DNA from: Candidatus Omnitrophota bacterium
GTDB taxonomy: Bacteria > Omnitrophota > Gorgyraeia > Gygaellales > Profunditerraquicolaceae
Direction of reading: 5' to 3'
Assembly: GCA_903852325.1 (NCBI GenBank)
Contig: CAINQO010000080.1
Span: forward strand, 2,732-66,731
DNA: 64,000 bases
The position numbers and the translations under genes are program-made. Under the pieces are notes generated by a model. The model was given only the letters and a program-made list of their open reading frames with translations. It made no database searches and was not told where the DNA came from. Positions 36,580-45,983 of the stretch are shown here, piece by piece. Numbering within the stretch: the first letter of the stretch is position 1; each line of letters opens with the position of its first letter.

Positions 36580-38694
36580 ATGCCGGACTTTAACAGAATC
36601 AGCCGTTTTTTCGAATTTTTTATGGGAGCCGGAGCGCTCATCGGCGTATTCATCTTCCTTCAGCTAAGCATGAGCGCCGAGCTGATCGACCCGGATATCT
36701 GGCTGCACCTAAAAACGGGAGAATATATTGTCCAACACAAATCCGTCCCCCACGCAGATCTTTATTCAGCCTCTACCCATGGCATTGCCTGGATCGACCA
36801 CTCACCGCTGACCCAGGCAATTTTTTATCAGGGATTTAAATCCGGAGGCCCGGACCGGCTGATCTCTATCTCCTGCCTGGTAATGTTTTTGGCCTTTTTT
36901 TTACTGTGGCTCTGTGTTTACAAGGATAGAGAGACATTTTCCTTAAGCATAATTGTTCTGGCCCTGGCCGTCTTTGCCTCACGGACAAGGTTTAATATCC
37001 GCCCGGAAAATTTTTCCGTCCTTTTTTTCTGCGCCTATCTTTTTATCCTGAGCAGGCGCAAAAATAATAAATGGGTATTTATTCTTCCGCTTCTCCAGCT
37101 GGCCTGGGTAAACTGTCACGGATTTTTTATGCTCGGGCTTTTTTTGATCGTTTTATTCATTATCGCCGAATGGCTAAAGCGGCGCGGCGGGCTCCCCTGG
37201 GAATGGTCTAACGGGGAACCAGAGGGAAAAAATGCTCTCCGCAATTTAATCGCCGCATTCGGCCTATCCGCGCTGGCCTGCCTGCTCAATCCCAATGGTT
37301 TAGCGGGGGCGCTTTATCCGCTGAAAATAATTTTAAACCGGGTCCACCCCAACATTCTCAATAACTATATTTTCGAACTCCTCCCTCCCTGGAAATTAGG
37401 GTATAACCGGGTCTTCGTTTATTATCTGCTTTTGGCCCTATCCTCTTTTTCTTTCCTCCTTAATCTTAAAAAAATCAACCTCGCCTATTTGCTTTGCTGG
37501 CTGGCGCTTTTAGGCATCTCCTTCAATATTTCGCGCAACATTATCTTTTTTAACTGTATCGCCTGCCTGGCGTGCGTGGATAACTTTTCGCGGATAAGTT
37601 ACCGGCAATTCACCGGAAGAGACTTCCCCCGAAACCTTTTTTTTATCCTTAAATGCACCGGAATTTCCTTGGTGCTCCTGTGCGCTGCGGGAGCGAGCAA
37701 AAATATCCTTGATGAGCAGTATTATCTTTTTGACCAACACCGCTTTAAAAGCAGATTGCTGGGCATCTCTTCTATCTATCCGGAAAAAGCGGCAGATTTT
37801 ATAAAGTTGAATAAATTGCCCGATAATCTATTCAACTTTTTTAACCATGGTTCTTATCTTATTTACCGGCTTTACCCGGAGCATCATGTTTTTATCGACG
37901 GGCGCTCGGAACTTTACAGCCGGGAGTTTTCCGAAGACTATTACCGGATCATTTATACCGATCCGTCCACGATCGAAAAACTCCTCAAAAAATACCAGAT
38001 TAATACGTTATTATTAAGCGAGAGATTAACCGTTCTGGAAGAGCTGGCCACTTACCTTTACCAAAGCAAAAAATGGGTATTGGTCTACCTGAATGAGGAC
38101 GGTTTGATCTTTGTCCGGGACACTCCGGAAAACAAGGAACTTACCGGGCGTTTAAAAATCGACCTGGATAAGTGGGAGATTAAAAAAGCGGATTTGGGGA
38201 AAGTCCCTCTGGGGAAAGTTCTGCCCGGCGTCCACGTCCGTCTGGCACAGCTGCTCTTTGCCCTGGGTAACGACCAGAAAGCTCGGCTTCAGGCCGAGGA
38301 AGCTTTGAAGTTATTGCCCAGCTCTCCTGAGGCCAACGCTATAATGGGCAAGATTTATTTACGTCAAAACGATATGGGAACGGCTTATCAATATTTGCGC
38401 CTGGCCTTTATTTACGACCAGGAAAGTGCCACCACCCTTACTGCCCTGGCAGATTACTTTTTGAAGTCCGGCGACCGGAAAACGACTTTGGAGATATACA
38501 AAAAAATAATCCGGCTTTTCCCGGAATACGCGCGGGGATATTACCTGGCGGGCAGTTATTACGAAAATGCGGGGGATTTAAAAGCAGCGGCTGTATTTTT
38601 GAATAAAGCGGTCAAATTGGCCCCGTATTCGCAGGAGTTCCTGAATAAATACAATGCGCTCCTGGCCAAAATCCAAGCGGTGAAGCCCCGTTAA
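36580..38694 (+). CDS. polytopic membrane protein with C-terminal TPR repeats (possible GT-C-type glycosyltransferase)
   Basis: About 12 TM helices are followed by at least 4 TPR units. The start is set at the ATG at 36580, which has an AGGAAAAAAAATG RBS. Confidence 0.4.
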   Translation: MPDFNRISRFFEFFMGAGALIGVFIFLQLSMSAELIDPDIWLHLKTGEYIVQHKSVPHADLYSASTHGIAWIDHSPLTQAIFYQGFKSGGPDRLISISCLVMFLAFFLLWLCVYKDRETFSLSIIVLALAVFASRTRFNIRPENFSVLFFCAYLFILSRRKNNKWVFILPLLQLAWVNCHGFFMLGLFLIVLFIIAEWLKRRGGLPWEWSNGEPEGKNALRNLIAAFGLSALACLLNPNGLAGALYPLKIILNRVHPNILNNYIFELLPPWKLGYNRVFVYYLLLALSSFSFLLNLKKINLAYLLCWLALLGISFNISRNIIFFNCIACLACVDNFSRISYRQFTGRDFPRNLFFILKCTGISLVLLCAAGASKNILDEQYYLFDQHRFKSRLLGISSIYPEKAADFIKLNKLPDNLFNFFNHGSYLIYRLYPEHHVFIDGRSELYSREFSEDYYRIIYTDPSTIEKLLKKYQINTLLLSERLTVLEELATYLYQSKKWVLVYLNEDGLIFVRDTPENKELTGRLKIDLDKWEIKKADLGKVPLGKVLPGVHVRLAQLLFALGNDQKARLQAEEALKLLPSSPEANAIMGKIYLRQNDMGTAYQYLRLAFIYDQESATTLTALADYFLKSGDRKTTLEIYKKIIRLFPEYARGYYLAGSYYENAGDLKAAAVFLNKAVKLAPYSQEFLNKYNALLAKIQAVKPR

Positions 38695-38700
38695 CCTGCG

Positions 38701-38729
38701 TTGACAAACGGAAAGTGAAATGTTATATT
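38701..38729 (+). promoter_or_regulatory. sigma70 promoter (TTGACA-17-TATATT) for the tRNA-Leu locus
   Basis: -35 at 38701-38706 and -10 at 38724-38729, about 45 nt before the first tRNA-Leu sequence. Confidence 0.55.
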
Positions 38730-38841
38730 AACTTTCCCGCTCTTAAAGCCGGGGCCGGGCAATAAACGATCGATTTGCCGAAGTGGTGGAATGGCATACA
38801 CGTCGGTCTCAAAAACCGATGAGGGCAACCTCGTAAGGGTT

Positions 38842-38864
38842 TCCGCCACAAACATTGGCGGACC
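38842..38864. repeat. left terminal hairpin of the tRNA-interrupting insertion (TCCGCCAC-aaacat-TGGCGGA)
   Basis: Palindromic. It is an inverted partner of 38984-39006. Confidence 0.5.
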
Positions 38865-38885
38865 TCGCCGGAACAATTAAATTTC

Positions 38886-38968
38886 GCTGGAGTGGTGGAA
38901 TGGCATACACGTCGGTCTCAAAAACCGATGGGGGCAACTCCGTGAGGGTTCAACTCCCTCCTCCAGCA
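38886..38968 (+). tRNA. tRNA-Leu (anticodon CAA), class II with long variable arm, intact
   Basis: The acceptor pairs GCTGGAG with CTCCAGC. The 3-bp D stem flanks a GG-containing loop. The anticodon loop is CT-CAA-AA and the T arm is GAGGG-TTCAACT-CCCTC. The discriminator is A and no CCA is encoded. Confidence 0.85.
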
Positions 38969-38983
38969 CAAAATTCTAAAGGA

Positions 38984-39006
38984 CCCGCCAACGTTTTAGT
39001 GGCGGG
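38984..39006. repeat. right terminal hairpin of the insertion (CCCGCCA-acgttttag-TGGCGGG)
   Basis: Its reverse complement aligns with the left hairpin (CCGCCAC..AAAC..TTGGCGG). Confidence 0.5.
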
Positions 39007-39035
39007 CAACTCCCTTCTTCGGCACTAAATTAAAA

Positions 39036-39072
39036 ATCGCCTTATCTTTTAAGTTAAGGCGATTTTTATTTG
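39036..39072 (+). terminator. rho-independent terminator after the tRNA-Leu locus
   Basis: 9-bp stem ATCGCCTTA/TAAGGCGAT, a 10-nt loop, then TTTTTATTTG. Confidence 0.7.
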
Positions 39073-39220
39073 CTCCCCAGCGATACCAATCTTGCGTCTC
39101 CTTCAATGTATAATCCGGCCTGAGCAAGGAGAAAACCCCGCCATTTAATCTCAATTAACCAACAAAAACCTGCGGCAAGACTCCCGTTGAATAATCTTAA
39201 AATTTAAAAACCGGAAAGAT

Positions 39221-39829
39221 TTATTTAAGGTAAGGAGAGACCCCGCTGTAAATACGCTGGGAGATGATTTGATATCCCCGGGCGTTGGGATGGAAAAAAT
39301 CGCTTTTCATTCCCGGGTTAGTGATAATATTCTTTAAAATCTGAGGGATAAACACCGTCTTTTTCTCCTCGGCCAATTTTCTATATTTATCCCGGTAGGA
39401 CTGCATAAAAAATCCCGAGCTGATGTCGACCAGGACCACGATCGCTCCCTTTTGTTGGATCCGGTCGATGATCTGTTCTAAATTTTTAAGGGTGTCGGAT
39501 TCCGGGACCTTCTGCAGAAAATCATTGCCGCCAAACTCCACGATCACCATCCGCGGGTCCTTATCCAGGACATCCGCCTCTATCCTGGCCAGGGCGTCAA
39601 AAGTAGTATCCCCGTCCACCCCGGCGTTGATCACCTCACGGCTCAAAAGCTTGCTTAAACCCGTAGGATAATCCTCCCCTTCATTGGCTCCGTAACCGAA
39701 GGTAATGCTATCCCCGAAACAGATTATATTTGCCCCCTTAGAATGCAAATTGCGGATCTCCGGCTTAGCGCAGCCGCAGAAGATGAGCAAGGGTAAAATG
39801 AATATTAAACTTAATTTAATTTTTTTCAT
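39221..39829 (-). CDS. SGNH/GDSL hydrolase lipoprotein (TesA/arylesterase-like)
   Basis: Lipobox (IFCGC). GDSIT block I and a GGNDF block. Confidence 0.75.
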   Translation of the reverse strand: MKKIKLSLIFILPLLIFCGCAKPEIRNLHSKGANIICFGDSITFGYGANEGEDYPTGLSKLLSREVINAGVDGDTTFDALARIEADVLDKDPRMVIVEFGGNDFLQKVPESDTLKNLEQIIDRIQQKGAIVVLVDISSGFFMQSYRDKYRKLAEEKKTVFIPQILKNIITNPGMKSDFFHPNARGYQIISQRIYSGVSPYLK

Positions 39830-40844
39830 ATTTTAAACGCAGCTGCCCGCAGGCAGCGCTGATATCCTGCCCGCGCTCCCGCCTTAAGGTCACGGTTAAA
39901 CCCGCTTTGGACAAATAGGTTTTAAATGTGTTTATCTGCGCCCTGCCCGGCGGGCTGATTTTTAGCTCCGCCACGGCATTGGCTGGAATTAAATTAATTT
40001 TGGCTAATTTTAGATCTTTAAGCCAGGCGGCTAAACTTTGCGCCGCCGCCAAGTCGGCATTTAAGTCCCGGATCAGAATATATTCAAAGGTGATCTGCCG
40101 GTTGGTTTTAGCGGTATATTCCCGGCAGCATTTCATCAACTCCCCCAGAGGGTATTTATTGTTCACCGGCATCAGCCGGCTGCGCACCTTATCTTGCGCC
40201 GAATGCAGGGAAATAGAAAGCTCGATCTGCAAATCCTCATCCTGCAGCCTTTTAATCCCCGGAATTATCCCGCAGGTGGAAATAGTGATCCTGCGGGCCC
40301 CGATATTAAAACCTTGCGGAGAATTGATCAGCCGCACCGCCTTGAGCACATTGTCGTAATTATCCAGCGGCTCCCCCGTGCCCATGAACACGATATGAGT
40401 CAATTTTCCGCCGGAAGCATTCTTTAAATAGAGCACCTGCTCTAAAATTTCTCCCGCGCTTAAATTACGCTTAAATCCTTTCAGGCCGCTGGCGCAAAAA
40501 TTACAGGCAAACTTGCAGCCCGCCTGAGAGGAAATGCATCCGGTAACTCTGCCCGGCGCCGGAATAATCACCGCTTCCACCCGGTTCTTATCCACCAGCT
40601 CAAAAAGGAATTTGACGGTGCGGTCGGAAGAAACCTGCTTATCCGCCAGGGTTAAACCGGTGATCCTGAATTCCGCGGATAATTTTTCCCGTAAAGTTGC
40701 CGGCAAACTGCTTATCCGGTTAAAATCAAGGGCGCCTTTCTGATAGATCCAGCGGAAGATATCCCGGGCATAATATTTCGGGTTGCCCAGAGAAAACAAT
40801 TTATCCTCCAGCTCCTTTAAACTTAATTCTTTAATATCCTGCAT
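39816..40844 (-). CDS. rlmN: 23S rRNA A2503 / tRNA A37 C2-methyltransferase RlmN (radical SAM)
   Basis: CKFACNFCASG radical-SAM cluster at the typical RlmN position. 342 aa, with RlmN-like N- and C-terminal blocks. Confidence 0.8.
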   Translation of the reverse strand: MQDIKELSLKELEDKLFSLGNPKYYARDIFRWIYQKGALDFNRISSLPATLREKLSAEFRITGLTLADKQVSSDRTVKFLFELVDKNRVEAVIIPAPGRVTGCISSQAGCKFACNFCASGLKGFKRNLSAGEILEQVLYLKNASGGKLTHIVFMGTGEPLDNYDNVLKAVRLINSPQGFNIGARRITISTCGIIPGIKRLQDEDLQIELSISLHSAQDKVRSRLMPVNNKYPLGELMKCCREYTAKTNRQITFEYILIRDLNADLAAAQSLAAWLKDLKLAKINLIPANAVAELKISPPGRAQINTFKTYLSKAGLTVTLRRERGQDISAACGQLRLKYEKN

Positions 40845-40873
40845 GAAGGTCGAGGAACTGTTTATAGCGTAAG

Positions 40874-42394
40874 TTAAGAAGCGCTTAAAGAACTTTCCCT
40901 GAGTTTTTCTTTATCGATCTTGCCGACCCGGTTCTTCGGAAGGGCGGAACAGAATTCAAACTGGTGCGGGATCTTAAAATGCGCCAGGTGCTGGCGGAGA
41001 AAATAACGCAGGTCTTCGGTAGAAACAGTTTTCCCTTCTTTGGTGACGACAAAGGCCTTGGGCACTTCCCCGCGCAATTTATCCGCGATCCCGATCACCG
41101 CGGCCTCGGCGATATCCGGATGTTTTTGCAAGCTCGCCTCCACCTCCGGCTCAAAAACGATCTCCCCGCCGACCTTGATCATCTCTTTTTTCCTGCCCAC
41201 GATATAAAGGAAACCCTCGGCGTCAAAGCGGCCTAAATCCCCGGTGTAAAACCAGCCGTCACGGATGGTCGAGCGGGTCAGCGGCTCATCCTTAAAATAC
41301 CCCGCCGTAACTACCCAGCTTTTTACCGCCACTTCCCCCACTCCTCCTGCGGCTAGCTCCCCGCCGTCATCCGCAAGCACCTTCACCTGGATCCAGGGAG
41401 CCGGACGGCCCACGCTTTCGATATTTTTTGACCCCATCGGCAAGACTACCGTCGGGGCATTAGTCTCGGTAAGCCCCCAGCCGTTTAACAGAAAGGTTTT
41501 CGGGCAGAACTGCTGGAACCGGCGCAAAGCTTCCGGGGAATTTGAGGCGCCGAAAGTGACGATCCAGCGCAAACTGGACAGGTCAAAGGTCTCAAATTCC
41601 TTTAATTGCAGCAGCGCGTAATACATCGAGGGCACAATCCAGAAAAAATTAACTTTGTAGTTCTGGACATTCTTCAAAAAATCCAGCGGCATAAACCGCT
41701 CCATCAAAACCAGGGTCAGGCCGAAGGTAATCGTATTCTGGATATAAATCAATCCCCCTAAATGCGAGAAAGGCAAAGCGCATAAAGCGGTATCCTTGGG
41801 CCCCAGGTCGGAATTGACAAAAAAAGCCATGGATTTGGGAGGAGCATCCAGCTGGGCGTAATTAATTAAAACCCCCTTAGGCTTCCCGGTAGTCCCGGAG
41901 GTATAAAAGATTATCGCCAGATCATCATCCTTGGTCTGCGTTTTCGGGGCCGCGGCAGTTTCAGTGCCGAGCAATTTTTCAAAACTTAAAGCGCTTTCAT
42001 CTTCCGACTGGCAGGCGATAATCTTTTCCAGTAAAGGCAGCCGGGTTTTGAGTGCCGCCAGAGAAAGATTAGCCTTATGTTTAGTAACCAGGATTTTAGC
42101 TTCGCAGTGACCGAGGCAGGAAACGATCTCATCTTCAGTGAGCATAAAATCCAGAGGCACGCTGCAGGCCCCGATCGACCAGGCGGCCAAATAACTGTAA
42201 ATATATTCCGGCCAGTTGGGAAGAAAGATCGCCACTTTATCGCCGGGCTTTACTCCCAGCTTGAGCAGCGCCTGAGCAAAAGCGAAAACTTTATCTTTTA
42301 GCTGCGGAAAAGAAATCTGCTCCTGGCGAAAAATAATCGCCGGCTTAACCGGATAATCCCGGGCACATTTTTCTAATACTTCGACAATGTTCAT
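40874..42394 (-). CDS. AMP-forming acyl-CoA synthetase / fatty-acid-CoA ligase
   Basis: YTSGTTGKPKGV AMP-binding motif and a C-terminal GEIV...GRKK-type block. 506 aa. Confidence 0.8.
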   Translation of the reverse strand: MNIVEVLEKCARDYPVKPAIIFRQEQISFPQLKDKVFAFAQALLKLGVKPGDKVAIFLPNWPEYIYSYLAAWSIGACSVPLDFMLTEDEIVSCLGHCEAKILVTKHKANLSLAALKTRLPLLEKIIACQSEDESALSFEKLLGTETAAAPKTQTKDDDLAIIFYTSGTTGKPKGVLINYAQLDAPPKSMAFFVNSDLGPKDTALCALPFSHLGGLIYIQNTITFGLTLVLMERFMPLDFLKNVQNYKVNFFWIVPSMYYALLQLKEFETFDLSSLRWIVTFGASNSPEALRRFQQFCPKTFLLNGWGLTETNAPTVVLPMGSKNIESVGRPAPWIQVKVLADDGGELAAGGVGEVAVKSWVVTAGYFKDEPLTRSTIRDGWFYTGDLGRFDAEGFLYIVGRKKEMIKVGGEIVFEPEVEASLQKHPDIAEAAVIGIADKLRGEVPKAFVVTKEGKTVSTEDLRYFLRQHLAHFKIPHQFEFCSALPKNRVGKIDKEKLRESSLSAS

Positions 42395-42415
42395 TCCGCC
42401 ATCTCCTTTTACAAA

Positions 42416-43900
42416 TTAAAATCCATACCAGTAATTCACCAGCGGTTTGCCTTCGGCAGACTGGTCCACAATTATATTCTTCAGGCGCGTATATTCTAAG
42501 AAGCCTTCCTTGCCCAACTCTTTGCCGAAACCGCTTTGTTTAAATCCTCCGTAAGGAAGCTGGTGGAAGAACATCCCGTAAGTGTTGATCCAAACCGTGC
42601 CGGCGTTCAACTTCCCGGCCAGCTCCCGGGCCAGGTCAAGGTCCTTGCTCCAAATGCAGGCGGCCAAACCGAAATCCACGCTATTGGCCAGGGTCGCCGC
42701 TTCATCGGAACCGGAGAATTTATGGATCAAAACCACCGGCCCGAAAACTTCCTCTCTGAATATATGAGAATGCGCCCCCACATCCACCAAGACCGTGGGT
42801 TCGAAGAAATAACCGTTCTTTAATTCCGCGCTTTCCGGTATCTTCCCGCCGCAAACTATCTGGCCGCCCTCAGTTCTTGCTTTTTCAATGTAGGCGATCA
42901 CTTTTTTACGCTGCGCGTCGCTGATCAAGGGGCCCATCTGGGTCTCCGGGTTATCCGCCAAACCCAATTTTATGCGTTTGGATTTTTCGACGAAACTTTT
43001 CAAGAAGCTGTCGTAAATTGCCTCCTGCACAAAGATCCGGGACATCGCCGTGCACATTTGCCCCTGGTTCAGGAAAATAGCGGTCAGGGAACTGTTCACC
43101 GCGGTTTCTAAATCAGCGTCATTAAACACGATGCTGGCGGATTTACCGCCCAGCTCCATAGTCAACTTCTTCACATTCTTGGCGGAATATTGCAGGATCT
43201 GCCGGCCGACCTCATTGCTGCCGGTAAAAGAGATCATGTCCACCCGCTTATCTTCGCACAATGCCTGGCCGATCTTTGCCCCGCTGCCGTTAATGATGTT
43301 CACCGCTCCGGCAGGTAATCCTGCCTGATGGATGATCTTTCCTAGCTCTAACACCGTGAGCGGGGTCAAGCTGGAAGGTTTTAAAATCACCGTGTTGCCC
43401 GCGGCCAGGGCAAAGGCCAATTTCCAGCAGGCGATCAAAAGCGGATAATTCCAGGGGACAATTAAAACCACCACCCCCGCCGGCTCGCGCAGCAATTCCG
43501 CTTTGGCGTTGGGCACGCTGATCTCCTGGCCTTCAAGGTAGTCAATAAAGTTGTTGGCGATAAAATCGAAGGTTTCCGCTCCGGAAGGAATATCCATAAA
43601 GGTGGTTTCTTTGATCGGCTTACCCGTATTTTGCGTTTCCAGTTCCGCTAACTGCCCGGCGTTATCCAAAATCCCCTGGGCGATCTTGCGGATAAATGCT
43701 TTGCGTTCGGCTAAAGAAAACTGCGGCCAGGGCCCCTGGTCAAAAGCTTCCCGGGCGCTGGAGATCGCCAGCTCCGCGTCTTTTAAGGAAGCCATCGAGA
43801 CTTCGGCGATCACTTTGCCGGTAGAAGGATTGATAATATTCTGTTTTTCCACGCCTTCAATAAATTGCCCGTTTATGTAAAAAGGACATTTGGGAATCAT
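42416..43900 (-). CDS. NAD(P)-dependent aldehyde dehydrogenase
   Basis: ELGGKSA and FTGS motifs, the catalytic Cys region (GQMCTA) and a length of 494 aa. Confidence 0.85.
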   Translation of the reverse strand: MIPKCPFYINGQFIEGVEKQNIINPSTGKVIAEVSMASLKDAELAISSAREAFDQGPWPQFSLAERKAFIRKIAQGILDNAGQLAELETQNTGKPIKETTFMDIPSGAETFDFIANNFIDYLEGQEISVPNAKAELLREPAGVVVLIVPWNYPLLIACWKLAFALAAGNTVILKPSSLTPLTVLELGKIIHQAGLPAGAVNIINGSGAKIGQALCEDKRVDMISFTGSNEVGRQILQYSAKNVKKLTMELGGKSASIVFNDADLETAVNSSLTAIFLNQGQMCTAMSRIFVQEAIYDSFLKSFVEKSKRIKLGLADNPETQMGPLISDAQRKKVIAYIEKARTEGGQIVCGGKIPESAELKNGYFFEPTVLVDVGAHSHIFREEVFGPVVLIHKFSGSDEAATLANSVDFGLAACIWSKDLDLARELAGKLNAGTVWINTYGMFFHQLPYGGFKQSGFGKELGKEGFLEYTRLKNIIVDQSAEGKPLVNYWYGF

Positions 43901-43977
43901 TTCCTCTCCTTAATGAGCAGACAACTTACGAACGCGAAAGCGTGAGTAAGTTGTAGGCCGCCAGGCCGTCTGCGAAT

Positions 43978-44036
43978 TAATTTCGCCGAATGCCTCAAAA
44001 TTCCAGAGAATTTTGAGGCAGCTGCTGAGGCGAAAC
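43978..44036. promoter_or_regulatory. nested hairpin in the ALDH upstream region (12-bp perfect inner stem GCCTCAAAATTC/GAATTTTGAGGC inside ATTTCGCC/GGCGAAA)
   Basis: The sequence was read directly. There is no U-tract on either strand, so it is not a canonical terminator. Confidence 0.35.
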
Positions 44037-44047
44037 TCACATAGAAC

Positions 44048-45046
44048 TTAAACCTTGATTTTTACTTCTCTAAATAAAGCGAACAGCCGAGTAAACGGCA
44101 CATACCATTTGGAAAGCTGTCCTAATTGACCGCTTAATTTCATTTTTCCCTGGGTCACCGCCACAAAAGAATCGAGTTTACCCAAAAATACCTGCTCCCA
44201 AACTGCAGGCGGCGCGCTGATCACAAAAGGGGCATCGGCGTCAAAATCAAGGCTGGCGATCCTGCCTTCTTCGAAATTAAATTTAAAAACGTTGACGCTT
44301 CCATCCAGCTTGATCGCCAGTTTTACGGTCAGCCCCAACGCTTTGCCTTTTTCGGCGATAAATGCATCCCGGTTCACTATATCCACGATCGCCTGGATAT
44401 GCTCCCGGCTGAACATCGTATAAACCGGTTCATCGCGTTTTAAATCATTTTTTAAAGCCGCGTCCAATTCATCCAAAACCTCTTTATCCCACAGCCGGGC
44501 GATGGCCGCGCTTTTGACCGCTTCCTCCAACGCTTCGGTGACCGCTAAAGCGTCTTTAAATTTATCCGCGATCGCCACCGTCCCGTGATTCTTCAACACC
44601 ACCAGGTTATTGGTTTTTAAAGCGGCGATCACCGGCGCGGGGTCGGTTACCGTCGGAGTTTCCTGGGGGATCACCGGGATCTCCCCCAGGTAAAACTTAG
44701 TCTCGAAACTCATCGCTTTAAGGTTTTTAGCTACCGCAAAATATCCGTTAATTAACGGCGGATGGCAGTGCACGACAACTTTGGCGCCGGAGTTTTTATA
44801 AACCAGGCTGTGCAAAGGCAGCTCCGAACTGGGCTTAGTTTCCCCGGAAAATTTACTGTCGGATAAATTTACTTTAACCAGATCGCCTTCCTTTAATTGC
44901 CCTAAAGCCGTGCCGGTAGCGGTGATCAGGATATTTTCCGCATCCAGGCGGCCGCTCAAATTCCCGGAGTTAGCTACCGCCAACCCTGTTTCATAAAGCC
45001 TTTTACCTACCTGAATAATTTCTAACCCCAATTCTTTTTCCGTCAT
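44048..45046 (-). CDS. class II aldolase/adducin-fold protein (MtnB-like dehydratase) fused to a C-terminal SCP2 sterol-carrier-like domain
   Basis: N-terminal GNLSGR...HCHPP metal-ligand pattern of class II aldolases. The C-terminal ~110 aa have an SCP2-like pattern (GKLDSFVAVTQGKMKLSGQL). Confidence 0.55.
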   Translation of the reverse strand: MTEKELGLEIIQVGKRLYETGLAVANSGNLSGRLDAENILITATGTALGQLKEGDLVKVNLSDSKFSGETKPSSELPLHSLVYKNSGAKVVVHCHPPLINGYFAVAKNLKAMSFETKFYLGEIPVIPQETPTVTDPAPVIAALKTNNLVVLKNHGTVAIADKFKDALAVTEALEEAVKSAAIARLWDKEVLDELDAALKNDLKRDEPVYTMFSREHIQAIVDIVNRDAFIAEKGKALGLTVKLAIKLDGSVNVFKFNFEEGRIASLDFDADAPFVISAPPAVWEQVFLGKLDSFVAVTQGKMKLSGQLGQLSKWYVPFTRLFALFREVKIKV

Positions 45047-45961
45047 TTACACTCCCAAATGAATATGCTTGGTAATTAAACACGCCGGCGTAACATCAAA
45101 AGCCGGGTAATAAGCTTTTACTTCTTTAGGGGCTAACCGCACGCCCTGATAAATTTTTAGCTCATCATCCGGCCGGATCTCGATTTGAATCTCCTGGCCG
45201 GTTTTCAATCTGGAAGGCGGAGGGCAAATCACAAAAAACGGGATTTTAAAATATTTCGCCACTACCGCGATCTGATAAGTCCCGATCTTATTGGCAATAT
45301 CCCCGTTTAAAGTCAAATGGTCGGCCCCGACAATGATTTTAGTCACTTTCCCCAGGGAAAGTAAATACGCCACCATATTGTCCGTAATGATCGTTACCTC
45401 AAATCCGGCGCGCATCAATTCCCAGGCAGTCAGCCGGGAACCCTGCAGATAAGGCCGGGTCTCAGTAGCGTAAAAGCTGACTGTCTTACCCTGCTCTTTG
45501 GCAATCTGAGCGATCAAGGGCAACAGGCCGCTGATATTACAGTGAGTAAGGATCACATCCCCGTCGCTAAGCAGCCCGGCGGTTTCTTTGGCCTGCTCAA
45601 TGCGTTTGGCCTTGAGCATCTCTAAAAATCCCAGAATGCTTTTCTCCAGGGGCGCCCCGCTCTTCTCCCATCCCAAAACCATATCGGTAAGGAACTTAAA
45701 GGAAAGGGTCGGCCGGGTAGCGTTGATCGCCGCGGCGACCTGGCTTAAATCTTTCTTCTGCCGCTTGCTCAACAGAAAGGTGTACATCACCAAAAGCACC
45801 TGCCCTACCGCGCGAGTCTTCATTTCTTTGATCGCCCGGCAGGCTTGCAAATAATTCCTGGCCTTTATATAGGTAAGTTTCTGCGGCAATTTCGTTTCAT
45901 CTAAAATATAAAGCGTATTGCCTTTTAACTGTATCGGCCAAAATAAGGGAGAGAATTTCAT
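45047..45961 (-). CDS. eIF-2B-family sugar-phosphate isomerase (methylthioribose-1-phosphate isomerase MtnA-like)
   Basis: GADHLTLNGDIANKIGTY...IPFFVICP signature of the MtnA/eIF2B family. Confidence 0.6.
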   Translation of the reverse strand: MKFSPLFWPIQLKGNTLYILDETKLPQKLTYIKARNYLQACRAIKEMKTRAVGQVLLVMYTFLLSKRQKKDLSQVAAAINATRPTLSFKFLTDMVLGWEKSGAPLEKSILGFLEMLKAKRIEQAKETAGLLSDGDVILTHCNISGLLPLIAQIAKEQGKTVSFYATETRPYLQGSRLTAWELMRAGFEVTIITDNMVAYLLSLGKVTKIIVGADHLTLNGDIANKIGTYQIAVVAKYFKIPFFVICPPPSRLKTGQEIQIEIRPDDELKIYQGVRLAPKEVKAYYPAFDVTPACLITKHIHLGV

Positions 45962-45983
45962 AGTTTTTATATTCCCAATTGTG

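Larger units (their letters stand above)
38777..39024 (+). pseudogene. tRNA-Leu(CAA) gene interrupted between T55 and C56 by a 165-nt insertion (exon 1 38777-38841, exon 2 39007-39024)
   Basis: 5' part: GCCGAAG acceptor, D arm, TCGGT-CTCAAAA-ACCGA anticodon arm, GNRA-capped variable arm, then AAGGG-TT. 3' part: CAACT-CCCTT-CTTCGGC-A. Joined, they restore a perfect T arm and a 7-bp acceptor stem. Confidence 0.6.

Noticed and set aside
38777-38885. Reading the first tRNA-Leu-like sequence as an ordinary contiguous tRNA gene
   Set aside because: After the T-stem 5' strand, the sequence runs into a CCGCCA hairpin, and no complementary acceptor 3' strand follows. The matching T-stem and acceptor strands are found only at 39007-39024.
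43978-44036. Intrinsic terminator between the aldolase-SCP2 gene and the ALDH gene
   Set aside because: The perfect 12-bp hairpin has no following U-tract on either strand. It is kept as a possible regulatory or processing hairpin.
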